The position numbers and the translations under genes are program-made. DNA of 63,541 bases, counting the filler, from Thraustochytrium aureum (Eukaryota), in NCBI GenBank assembly GCA_012862495.1. It is 4 parts of 3 records of this genome, joined end to end, with 100 filler letters (N's around TTAATTAATTAA, not from the genome) between each part and the next. Parts side by side here need not be neighbours in the genome. Positions count along the whole stretch, not along the records: positions 1 to 25,792 come from BLSG01000225.1; 3 more parts are not named here. One strand, written 5' to 3'. How positions within the stretch are numbered: the first letter of the stretch is position 1; the number at the start of each line of letters is the position of its first letter. Of the stretch, positions 1-10,141 are shown one piece after another. The notes beneath the pieces were generated by a model. That model saw only the letters and a program-made list of their open reading frames with translations, searched no databases and had not been told where the DNA came from.

Positions 1-492
1 GGAGCAGGAGCGCGGCTGCGGTGGGCGGGTGGAGGGCGTTCTCCGAGGGGGGCCGCGCCGGAGAAGAAGACGCTGTCGCCCGAGGTGGAGCGGATCTGTG
101 ACGAGATCGTCAAGCTCAACCTGCTGCAGGTCTCCGAGCTGGTTGAGGCGCTCAACGAGAAGCTCAACCTGCCCGACATGCCCGCCGGCGGGATGATGCC
201 GATGATGGGCATGCAGGTTGGCATGCCTGCGGCCGCCGCGGCTGACAGCGTCGAGGAGGAGGCTGCCGCGCCGCCGAAGAGCGTCGTCAACATCCAGCTC
301 GACTCGTTCGATGCTGCTGCCAAGATCAAGCTCATCAAGGAGGTCAAGACAGTGGCCAACCTTGGTCTCAAGGAGGCCAAGGCCGCCGTCGAGGGCGCCC
401 CGGGCGTGATTCTCTCGGACATCAAGCGCGAGGAGGCCGAGGAGATCGTCAAGCAGCTCGAAGCGCTCGGCGCCAAGTGCTCGCTCGTGTAA
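1..492 (+). CDS. MRPL12: Organellar (probably mitochondrial) ribosomal protein bL12 (L7/L12), 5' end outside window
   Basis: Frame is open from base 1. N-terminal dimerisation helix 'DEIVKLNLLQVSELVEALNEKL', Ala-rich hinge, and C-terminal domain 'AKIKLIKEVK..NLGLKEAKAAVEGAP..IKREEAEEIVKQLEALGAK' are typical of bL12. Confidence 0.93.
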   Translation, partial: GAGARLRWAGGGRSPRGAAPEKKTLSPEVERICDEIVKLNLLQVSELVEALNEKLNLPDMPAGGMMPMMGMQVGMPAAAAADSVEEEAAAPPKSVVNIQLDSFDAAAKIKLIKEVKTVANLGLKEAKAAVEGAPGVILSDIKREEAEEIVKQLEALGAKCSLV

Positions 493-1267
493 GAGCGCGC
501 GTCTCGGCCCGCTTTGGGTCGGGCGCGTGTGCGACGGCGTGTGCGCCGCTCGCAGGAGGCGCCCGAGCTTCGCCTCTAACAGCCCCTGCGTCCCGTTCAA
601 CGACTGGACCGAGCCAGTACGGGGGGGTTGGGTGCGCAGTTGGGGCCCTCTTGCGCGGCTCTGTAGCCTTGAGAGTCGAGCTTGCCGCTGGTTGTGCTTG
701 ATCGCGCTGGCGCTGACTTGGGCTGGTTCGCCGCGACTCGTGCGCGTCGGTTGCTTTGGGCTTTAGCGAGCTTTTCTGCCTTCGGTCTCGCCTCACGGCT
801 CTCCCGGCTGCTCGGTTGGCTGGAAGGGCGTTTGCAGGTGGGGCAAGGGCGGGAGGGCAGGCTTGGTGCGAGCCCACTGGGCAACTGGCGCGGTCGGGTT
901 TCGGCGTCTGGCGATGGTTGCGCCACTTTGTCGGGTGAATCGGGTTGGCGGAGTTCGGCCTTGAGGTGTTACGTGGCGCCTGAACAAGGGCAATTAAAAC
1001 AGGGATGGGGTGCCTGCGAGGCGAGCAGGGACCGAGTGATGCGGAGGAGGGGGAGGTTTGGATCAGACTGCTTGTCTCTCTAGGGTTAAGTCTTTAGAAG
1101 GAGAGGAACCAGCCAAACTAATATTGACACCAGGTCAGATCCTATTCGCTTTGCGCGGCCGTCGCTAGCAACTCGTCCGGCCGCCAGAGCCCAGCCTTGC
1201 AGCTCACGGCGCCTCCCACGCTCGTCCTCTACAGCTCTAAGGAGGGGCGCCGCAGAAAGGCCAGCCG

Positions 1268-3297
1268 CTACGAGTCCGAGAAGGCTTTCTTGACGTGTCG
1301 CTCAACAGCGCGCTGCAAGTGCAGCACCAGGCCCGGGATCCACTTGTCAAGCGGCGTCCGCTTGTCTGGGCTGATCCCTTTCTGCTTTTGCTCGAAAATC
1401 TGCACAAAGCGCGGCAGCACTTTGTTCTGGATCGTCTCGCGGAGCGCGTCCCGGTCAAACGTCGGCTTGGTCGAGAGGCTCTGCTCCGCGCAAGGTGCCG
1501 GCGTCCTCCTGTCACGAACGTTGATGTTCACCACAGGCGAGACCACGCAGAGCCTAATCGTCGACTGCGCAAGCGCCGGAAGCGTCTCCTTTGCGAGCGC
1601 TTCCGCCTGCGCCCGAGCAAGATCTCGGGACGCCTCGGCTGCCTCGACCTCGCCCTGCAGCTCATCAATGCGACGCCTCAACGACTCTGCAAGCCCTCGC
1701 GAGCCGCCGAGGGCTTCACGCACAAGCGTGGGCGCCTCGGCGATTGTGCCGAGCAAGCTCTCGCTCAAGTCAACTTGCTTGGCCTCGCTCGCCACACAGC
1801 CGGGCGCGCCAGGGGTGGCCACAGAGACGACCTCGTCAAGAACCCGACGGAGCGCGTCGCGCTCGCGCTCCAACACCGGAGCGCGGNNNNNNNNNNNNNN
1901 NNNNNNNNNNNNNNNNNNNNNNNNNNNNNNNNNNNNNNNNNNNNNNNNNNNNNNNNNNNNNNNNNNNNNNNNNNNNNNNNNNNNNNNNNNNNNNNNNNNN
2001 NNNNNNNNNNNNNNNNNNNNNNNNNNNNNNNNNNNNNNNNNNNNNNNNNNNNNNNNNNNNNNNNNNNNNNNNNNNNNNNNNNNNNNNNNNNNNNNNNNNN
2101 NNNNNNNNNNNNNNNNNNNNNNNNNNNNNNNNNNNNNNNNNNNNNNNNNNNNNNNNNNNNNNNNNNNNNNNNNNNNNNNNNNNNNNNNNNNNNNNNNNNN
2201 NNNNNNNNNNNNNNNNNNNNNNNNNNNNNNNNNNNNNNNNNNNNNNNNNNNNNNNNNNNNNNNNNNNNNNNNNNNNNNNNNNNNNNNNNNNNNNNNNNNN
2301 NNNNNNNNNNNNNNNNNNNNNNNNNNNNNNNNNNNNNNNNNNNNNNNNNNNNNNNNNNNNNNNNNNNNNNNNNNNNNNNNNNNNNNNNNNNNNNNNNNNN
2401 NNNNNNNNNNNNNNNNNNNNNNNNNNNNNNNNNNNNNNNNNNNNNNNNNNNNNNNNNNNNNNNNNNNNNNNNNNNNNNNNNNNNNNNNNNNNNNNNNNNN
2501 NNNNNNNNNNNNNNNNNNNNNNNNNNNNNNNNNNNNNNNNNNCGCATTCCGTCCAGCAGCGCTTTCTTGAGCGAAACCACCTCGTCCTTGAGCGCTTGAT
2601 TTTCACTGTGCAAGGCCGCCTGTGCTTGCCGCGCCGAGGCCAGCTGGTTGCTCGTTTCCTGCCAACCTTGCCCTTCGGTTCCAAGCTGACTCGCACTTTC
2701 GGCCTCGTCTCGAGCGAGAGGCGCGGTCACTGGGCGCTCCAGCAGACTCAAGGACTGCGAGCGGGTCATTGAGGCCCCCTTGCTGACGCTGGCGCGAGGA
2801 GTGGTGCTGTGGCTTTTGCGCCCGCTTGTGCGCGGAGAATCTGCCGCGTCGGCGTGCGCCTGAGGCTCTTGCGCTGCGCCGGTTGGGAGGCCCGTCTGGC
2901 GCTTGTGGGAAGCGCGCGGCCTTGGCTTGCCCGCGGCGAGGGCGGACGGCGCACAAGATGCCGACGCAGAAGCACCCAACGATTTTTTCGCGAGCTGCAC
3001 TTGGACAATCTCTTGAATCATGCGTTTCGCCCGCGATGCGTCCGCTGCGGACGCGGGCGGAAGCCTCAGCGTCGGCGACGCGCCTCCTTTGTCTGCTGGG
3101 GCAGCGCTCGCAGGCCTCTGCTTGACGTATACCCTGACGGGCGTCAGCGAGCGAGCATTGCCTGCCAGCTTCCTCGCGGAGTGTCCGCTCGCCGCCTCCC
3201 AACGCGCCTCGTCCTCGTCCGCGGCGTCCTCATCCACGAACGTCTGCGGCTCCTCCCATGATGTGAGCGCGGCCCTGCTCGCTCCGTTCTGCCCCAA
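1268..3297 (-). CDS. Uncharacterised coiled-coil protein spanning an N gap (start uncertain)
   Basis: Same-strand ORFs on both sides of gap 1887-2542: low-complexity N-terminus, heptad-like segments ('LHSENQALKDEVVSLKKALLD', 'LRRRIDELQGEVEAAE') and a globular-looking C-terminus ('IRLCVVSPVVNINV..TIQNKVLPRFVQIF'). Confidence 0.55.
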
Positions 3298-3420
3298 CGT
3301 CTCCCTTCGCCCCGTTCAGGCCTTCTTCTGCACGCACGCGTGTCGCCCGACGCCGCGAGTGGATCGACCTGTGCGGCACAACAGCACGGAATGCGCCACG
3401 CGAGAGCGCCCGAGCGCGAG

Positions 3421-3502
3421 GCCTCGCAATGCAGTGGCGCAACGCTCGATCCTCCCGCGCCGCCTCGCAATGCAGTGGCGCAACGCTCGATCCTCCCGCG
3501 CC
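3421..3502. repeat. Perfect 41-bp tandem duplication
   Basis: GCCTCGCAATGCAGTGGCGCAACGCTCGATCCTCCCGCGCC occurs at 3421-3461 and again at 3462-3502. Confidence 0.9.
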
Positions 3503-3745
3503 TGGACGCGCTGAGTGGCTGCCGAATACGCGTCTGTCTGCCGCGTCCGCGATGCGCCCGGACAGCGATGTGCGAGACACTGTCCGACGCGAACGGATTT
3601 TTTGCTTTCTTGGTGCGCTTTTGGCGGGGTCGTCGTCCCCCGTTCCTTGGCCGCGCAGCTCGCCGACCGTTCGCCCGTTGAGGCCCTCTCCTGTGCGGGG
3701 TAAATGGCGTCAACAAGCGCGATCGCGCCGGGCCGAGCTTGAGGG

Positions 3746-5486
3746 TTAGAATTTGTCCAGCTTGGCGCTGGAGGTGTACGGACATCCGCCGATACGCTTG
3801 CAAAACTCTGACTCGAGCGAGCAGGGCAAGAAGTCGAACGAAGGAGCGGGCTTGGAAGGAGATTCGGGCTCGATGCGCCCCTCGGCCGCCTCCGAAAACT
3901 GCAAAGCGCGGTGCAGGAGGAAATTGCAAAAGTCGCATTGTGGCTGGTCCAGTACAGCCAGCGACCGGGCCTGTCGGCGGCACAGGCTCAGAAACGTCTG
4001 GGTGTCGCGCGTCTGATAGAACTGGAAAGGCGCGCAAGCGAGGCGCACGGATCCATGGCAATAGGACGGGTTTACGCTGCAGAACGCCTTCGAGCGCCAG
4101 TGGCGGATGTTGCGGCAGTATGTTGGGATGTTTACGAAGCCGTCGCCGAACTGGTACTGGCTCACCTTGAACCAGTTGGCAGCGAGATCAAGCAGGAAAG
4201 GGCCGTTTGCGCGCGCCTGACTGCGCCATACGTTGTCAGAGACGTCCAGATGCAACGTCCAGATTTCTGCCCGACGGCCAGCCACCCGGAGCCAGAGCTG
4301 CCGATGCGACGCTGACCGAAAAGCACTCGGAATCCACATCCCCCACGGGCGCATTCCGATGGGGTGGCGCAGCCTTGCTACTTGATCCGGCAAGTGATCG
4401 CGGTGGAAGAAGAAGCAGTCGTTGCCCGGATGCGGAATGCCGGATTTCCGGGCTTCAACGCCCAGTGGTGCGAGCGATTTCGAAGCCTTGGCCTGGGCTG
4501 CCGCGACGACGGCTTGGGCAGAGGGAATGTTGACGCGAGTTATGGTCCCCGCTAGCATTGGGACGCCGTGGCCGTCGTCATTGCGGCGGTTTCGGATGAT
4601 TTGGTTTGCGATGGCGGCGAGCTCGTCCGCGCTCTCGGCGCCGATCCACCTCGACTCGACCCGCAAGCTGCGCAGCTCGCTCACTCGCGCTTGGAAGACT
4701 CTGCTGACCTCGGCCAAAGTCGCCGGGTTCGACATCATGCGGCAGAAGCACGAGTCTGTCTTCGGCCCGCACCCGCCCCGCGCGACGGGCTTGCGCTTCG
4801 CAAGGTCAAGCAAGCGGCGGTTCAGGTACGCGGTCGCGAGATCTCCCTCTGCCTTTTCCATTCCCGCGCCAGACTCCTCGAAGAACACCATCGCGTCCGC
4901 GAGGCAGAGGTGAATCGAGGAAATGGGGCACGCATTCGCGGCTCGAGAAAGGCAATAACGCAGGTTTTCAAAGACCTTGTCGAGCTTTTGGCGAAGCGCC
5001 GCTGCGTAGCCAAGAGTCGGCGTGCTCCTCGATCAGGCGCGCGAGCTTGACGAAAAAATCGCTGCCCATGGCGATGTCGGCGTTTGTGTACACCACCCAT
5101 GCAAAGCTGGCGACAGCGCTGGCGCGTGCAAAGATATCGCCAACTGCGGGAACTGTATGCCCCTCCAGGTTTGGAACCGCAGAGTCGAGCACGATTACGC
5201 GGTGTTCGCGGTCGACGAGATCCGACGCCTCGTCAGCTGCCACGATAACGTTGATCAGCTCGACGTTGATGCCGCTCGCGCGAGCAGTGGCTGCCGCTTC
5301 AAGCCAGCTTTTCTGGACAAGCTCGGCTTCGAGCCGCGCCTCGCTCGAGTTGCCCACGAACGTTGAAACTACGTGCGTGAACCCATCTACTTTTCGTGTG
5401 CTGACACCGTGTCCCGCGCAGGCGCTCGCCCACGCCGTGGCAAGAGCCAACAGCAGAGCCCGCTTGGCGAGTGGCGCATTTCGCAT
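3746..5486 (-). CDS. Secreted or lumenal protein with glycosyltransferase-like motifs; one frameshift near 5010
   Basis: ATG at 5486 starts a signal peptide (MRNAPLAKRALLLALATAWASACAG), followed by 'VVYTNADIAM'. After a 1-nt shift the frame continues (YAAALRQKLDKVFENLRYC..) into ORF 3746-4891 with 'TITRVNI' and 'HPGNDCFFFHR'. Confidence 0.55.
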
Positions 5487-6710
5487 CGTCGCTCGCCCTC
5501 GCGCGCGACCGCGCGCGGACAAGTTGAAAGAAACGGCGCACCGGGTTGGCCACGCAGTCGGTCGGCTCCAAAACGTCGAGCGTCTGCGCCTGCGACACCG
5601 TTTCGGGCGCGCCTCCTGGACCCGGGGCTCGTTCTGGCGTAGCCTGATCCTGATTGCGGCGACCCGCACCTGTTCTCATGCGCTACATTTGAGCACCGAG
5701 CCCGAGCCCGAATCCGCTTTGGCTTGCGGCCGCCTGCATGGTCTCGAACGAGTGTCCCCGATTGAAAAATTCACGGCCGCGGCCAGGAGCCATCCACTTC
5801 GATCTGTTCTTCCATCCGATCCACGTCTGAATTCTGAACTGAACTGACCGACGATTGAATTTCAAGGGCAGGATTTCAAGAAAAGAAACCATCGAGATGA
5901 GGGTCAACAACGGGTTGCTGCGTTCGTGCAAGCCGCGTCGCGTACATGCAAGTGCATTCGTTCACCGTGGACAGGAAGGAGGACGCTGGAGTGGGAATGA
6001 AAAACGACACTGCCGACTCAATGATGTGCCGAGCTCTGACATGGCGCTGGGGTCGCGCCATCTAGAGATGCATGCCAGCTTGATCATGTCATCTTTGCGT
6101 TCGAGATCTCGATTCCGACGAGGAAAATAAATCTGTATTCTACCTGGCCGCAGCCTCGAGCTTCCGATGCGGCGCAGAGTGCTGCTGCTCCATGGTCAAG
6201 ATGGCCGCTCCTTGTCCGCGGAGGAGCGGAGGAGAAGACCAACGTCGGTTCGGTGGCAGAGTACTCACTGAGTTGGTAGGTACNNNNNNNNNNNNNNNNN
6301 NNNNNNNNNNNNNNNNNNNNNNNNNNNNNNNNNNNNNNNNNNNNNNNNNNNNNNNNNNNNNNNNNNNNNNNNNNNNNNNNNNNNNNNNNNNNNNNNNNNN
6401 NNNNNNNNNNNNNNNNNNNNNNNNNNNNNNNNNNNNNNNNNNNNNNNTACCTACCCATCGCGGTTTTGTATCGCCATCCAGCTGGCCTTTTCCCGATTCC
6501 GATGCGATCAGACCCTGCAGACCCTGAACGAAACTGCGCACTGGCCACGAGGCCAGCCGCGAAGGGTGCCAGCGGGTGCGGGGGAGCGCATACCGAGCCG
6601 GTGCGCGGCGCCCTCGAAGTGGAGTTGGGGCGTGCGCTGCACAGCCCTCGTTTGCTGCAATAGGGCGGCGTGTCCCATCCACGGTATTCAACGCATCCAT
6701 CGACCGGCTC

Positions 6711-6944
6711 ATGTTGATGATGAATCTTCGTGGCGGGCAGCGAGAGCTGTTCACAGCCGAAAACGTGACCGAGATCACAGTCATAGCAGTGGCTGCGTTA
6801 TTCATTCTCGCTGTCCTACTGGCCGTCATCATTCGCCGGGCGCACCTTGGGTTTCTCAAGGAGAAGCAACGACAGCGTGAAAAGATCGAGCGCCACAACC
6901 GCAGGGTCGAGCGTCAATTGAACGCGTCGGGCTTTGATTTGTAG
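6711..6944 (+). CDS. Small single-pass membrane protein (about 77 aa)
   Basis: Hydrophobic span 'ITVIAVAALFILAVLLAVII' followed by a basic coiled tail 'RRAHLGFLKEKQRQREKIERHNRRVERQL'. Confidence 0.5.
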   Translation: MLMMNLRGGQRELFTAENVTEITVIAVAALFILAVLLAVIIRRAHLGFLKEKQRQREKIERHNRRVERQLNASGFDL

Positions 6945-7056
6945 CATCGTAAATTACCTTCTGCCACCCTCCACGACGCGCGCTTGAGGGGCACCACCGC
7001 AGCGAGCGCGCGACAACAAGGCGACCAGCTCGCCAAACGCCGTGATATGAATCAGT

Positions 7057-8565
7057 TCAGATCTTGTCAGTTACAAACCTCTTGAACAACGCCTCGTCTC
7101 GCCGCAAGAGCTCGGTGAGCGGCCCGAACACGCGGACAAACGCGCTCCTCGAGATCGTGAGGCACTCGACAGGGCCACCCTCCGCCGTTACAGATGCAGC
7201 GCGAGGTCGGTCAGTGATGAGCGCGACCTCGCCAAACCAGTCACCCGCGACAAAGCGCGTCACAAGAGACCGGGGCTCGGAAGGGGAGAGCTTTTGCTCG
7301 CACGCCGCAATGCCCTTTGTGATGAGAAACATCTTGTCTGACGGGGCGTGCTGGCGCACGAGGACCTCGCTCGCAGCAAACGTCTCGCGCTCGGCGACGT
7401 CCTCGGCAAGCCTCATCAGCTCGACGGGGCTCATCGTGGACCCGAACAGCGGAATGGCGGCCAAGTACGCCACCTTGCGGTCTCGGATGGCGGCGCGCGC
7501 CTCCCTCACGGCAACTCTAAAGCGCGGCCGGGAGAGCTCAAACAAGCGGGCTCGGATGCTCGATACGCGCGCAGTCGTTCGGCGCGGGGCGTCTTGCAAC
7601 AGAGCCATTTCGCCCAGAGACTGTCCCTCGTTGCTGGTGCTGACCCTTTCTCCGTCCACAATGTGCTCGACCTCGCCCTCGTGAATAAAGTAGAGCGACT
7701 CGGCCTGCGCGCCAGTATCGCCTTGGCGAAATATCGTTTCGCCCGAGCCAACAACGCGGGGCCGAAACGAACCGCAGAGTTCGTCCCTTTCCTCAGGGGA
7801 GAAGCTTTGAAATAACAGGTTGGCGCGCATACAGCTTCTCAAAAACTCTGCTTCTTCCGATTGCAGCTTTCGTCCCCCTGCTTCAGCAGCGGCGGCGGCC
7901 GCGGTTGGGCAGAGGATCGCGGCACGCCGCCCGGTAGGCGCCTTTTGCCTCCGCCTCTCGAAGAATTCCTCGAACTCGTCGCCCTCATCCTCGTCGTTAG
8001 CGCCGACGCCGGCGCCCGCTGAAGCTTCGTTCCCCACCTTGTCGGGCGTCCGCGCGAGTTCGACGCCGGAAGCGGCGGCCCTGCGCTGCCTGGCGCTCTG
8101 CTGCTCGTCGTCGCTGTCGCTATCTTCCCGTCTTGCGCGCGCGTTTGCGGCTGCGATCCCCGTGAGAGGGATACCACCTCCGACCGTGTTTGTCGCGTCT
8201 GGAAACGTCTTTGCGTAAGAGGAGCTGTGCGCCTGGTCTGGGTATTGTGTGAACAGAAAGTCGATCATAAACTTGACTGGGTTGTCCGGTGACGCGACGA
8301 GGAGCTCCTCCACAAGTTCTGTAAACAGCGAGTCCAGCCGCATACGATGCAGGTACTGCTGCAACTCGTCCTCTTCGACTCGGAAGAGCTTTTCCTCCTC
8401 GGCTGGATCGATGGCGCCCATCGACGCGTCATCCGACTCGACTTCCGACTCGGACCCGGCTCCAGCTTCAACCCCCAAAGCCGCGCTCGGCCTCTTCGCC
8501 ACGGCGCCTTTCCCAGCATTGGAGCGCCTCGCCGTGCCTGCCTCGACACGAAGGTCGTCGTCCAT
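7057..8565 (-). CDS. cAMP-dependent protein kinase regulatory subunit-like (D/D domain plus two cNMP-binding domains)
   Basis: Dimerisation/docking-like 'LQQYLHRMRLDSLFTELVEELLVASPDNPVKFMIDFL'; inhibitor site 'TGRRAAIL'; phosphate-binding cassettes 'LGEMALLQDAPRRTT' and 'FGEVALITDRPRAAS'. Probable ATG at 8565. Confidence 0.88.
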   Translation of the reverse strand: MDDDLRVEAGTARRSNAGKGAVAKRPSAALGVEAGAGSESEVESDDASMGAIDPAEEEKLFRVEEDELQQYLHRMRLDSLFTELVEELLVASPDNPVKFMIDFLFTQYPDQAHSSSYAKTFPDATNTVGGGIPLTGIAAANARARREDSDSDDEQQSARQRRAAASGVELARTPDKVGNEASAGAGVGANDEDEGDEFEEFFERRRQKAPTGRRAAILCPTAAAAAAEAGGRKLQSEEAEFLRSCMRANLLFQSFSPEERDELCGSFRPRVVGSGETIFRQGDTGAQAESLYFIHEGEVEHIVDGERVSTSNEGQSLGEMALLQDAPRRTTARVSSIRARLFELSRPRFRVAVREARAAIRDRKVAYLAAIPLFGSTMSPVELMRLAEDVAERETFAASEVLVRQHAPSDKMFLITKGIAACEQKLSPSEPRSLVTRFVAGDWFGEVALITDRPRAASVTAEGGPVECLTISRSAFVRVFGPLTELLRRDEALFKRFVTDKI

Positions 8566-8778
8566 CGCGAGACCTCGCGCAAGTCCAACGCAAACAGCTC
8601 TGTCAGGCCCGAAAACCCGGCGTTGGCCAGTCGCCAGCGAGGCCCGCGACGCGTCTGCACGTCCCACTCGACCGCTCCAGCAGCCCTTTTCCCCCTGCGG
8701 CTGACTCCCTTTGCCGCTCTGCTGCGACGCGCGCTGCGTCCGGTGTCGCGTGTCCCACATTTCGGTGAGGTCCCCAAC

Positions 8779-8854
8779 CGTCATTTCCGGCGCCCTCTCG
8801 TCACATGCCCGTCTATGTGTCGTGCGTCGCACCGCTAGCGTCATTTCCGGCGCC
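8779..8854. promoter_or_regulatory. 16-bp direct repeat (60-bp period) upstream of the PKA-R gene
   Basis: CGTCATTTCCGGCGCC at 8779-8794 and 8839-8854; the second copy abuts an N gap. Confidence 0.4.
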
Positions 8855-9502
8855 NNNNNNNNNNNNNNNNNNNNNNNNNNNNNNNNNNNNNNNNNNNNNN
8901 NNNNNNNNNNNNNNNNNNNNNNNNNNNNNNNNNNNNNNNNNNNNNNNNNNNNNNNNNNNNNNNNNNNNNNNNNNNNNNNNNNNNNNNNNNNNNNNNNNNN
9001 NNNNNNNNNNNNNNNNNNNNNNNNNNNNNNNNNNNNNNNNNNNNNNNNNNNNNNNNNNNNNNNNNNNNNNNNNNNNNNNNNNNNNNNNNNNNNNNNNNNN
9101 NNNNNNNNNNNNNNNNNNNNNNNNNNNNNNNNNNNNNNNNNNNNNNNNNNNNNNNNNNNNNNNNNNNNNNNNNNNNNNNNNNNNNNNNNNNNNNNNNNNN
9201 NNNNNNNNNNNNNNNNNNNNNNNNNNNNNNNNNNNNNNNNNNNNNNNNNNNNNNNNNNNNNNNNNNNNNNNNNNNNNNNNNNNNNNNNNNNNNNNNNNNN
9301 NNNNNNNNNNNNNNNNNNNNNNNNNNNNNNNNNNNNNNNNNNNNNNNNNNNNNNNNNNNNNNNNNNNNNNNNNNNNNNNNNNNNNNNNNNNNNNNNNNNN
9401 NNNNNNNNNNNNNNNNNNNNNNNNNNNNNNNNNNNNNNNNNNNNNNNNNNNNNNNNNNNNNNNNNNNNNNNNNNNNNNNNNNNNNNNNNNNNNNNNNNNN
9501 NN

Positions 9503-9664
9503 TTTTGGCGCCGCGTGCTGGGGCCCCCGCTTTACTTTATCTACGACTACGTGCTCACGCCTGTTGGGCACTGCATGCGCGATTCTGTGTTTACTTGCAA
9601 GGAGGCCTGCTGCGACTGCTGCGACTCGTGCGACACCTGCTGCAACCCGTACAAACGAATATAG
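9503..9664 (+). CDS. C-terminus of a small Cys-rich (possibly palmitoylated) protein; 5' part in gap
   Basis: 'FWRRVLGPPLYFIYDYVLTPVGHCMRDSVFTCKEACCDCCDSCDTCCNPYKRI*', with GC3-rich codon usage like neighbouring genes. Confidence 0.5.
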   Translation, partial: FWRRVLGPPLYFIYDYVLTPVGHCMRDSVFTCKEACCDCCDSCDTCCNPYKRI

Positions 9665-9831
9665 CGAGGCCCACTGGTACCGCGGGGCGCGAGAGCGCCG
9701 CGTCGCCTGGAGCCGTCCGAAACCTTGCCTGCTTGTCACTCATCTAAACGCTGCCATTTGCCCTCTTTCTTTCTTTCCCACAAAGTGAATGTCCCCAATG
9801 GCGCGCAGCGCGCTGGAACGCCTCGCCTCGG

Positions 9832-10141
9832 TCACGCCATGTTTGGGTCTCCACCGCCCGCTGGCACAGTGGCAACAACTGCGGCTTCGACGCGGTCCAC
9901 ATTGCGCGACAGTGTCCTCACCCGCTCGTTGAGCGATGCGAGGTGGAAGCGCACCTCGGCGTCTTTGAGAGAGTGTGTGTCAGCTCGTGTTGGGCACCGA
10001 GCGAGCCGCCGCTGGTCGTGACACTCACGACTTACCGAACCTGTCCAGAAACTGAGCAATTTCTACCATGCTCTGCTGCACCGACCCAATGAATTCGCGC
10101 TGCTTGGCGTCTTCGAGCGCGACGTCGGCCCCTGCGACCAT
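9832..10141 (-). CDS. BRK1: BRICK1/HSPC300, small subunit of the WAVE/SCAR complex; two exons (10141-10036, 9962-9832)
   Basis: Removing a 73-nt GTAAGT..GCTGAC..AAG intron (10035-9963) gives a 78-aa protein MVAGADVALEDAKQREFIGSVQQSMVEIAQFLDRFDAEVRFHLASLNERVRTLSRNVDRVEAAV.., which aligns by eye with the BRK1 pattern REyIe.i..si.kIadFLnsFD.scR.rLAtLNEkl..LeR.ie.iEA.v. Confidence 0.88.

Noticed and set aside
6275..6455. GGTAGGTA/TACCTACC inverted pair flanking a gap as transposon ends
   Set aside because: Only 8 bp, microsatellite-like, the interior is unknown, and no target-site duplication is evident.
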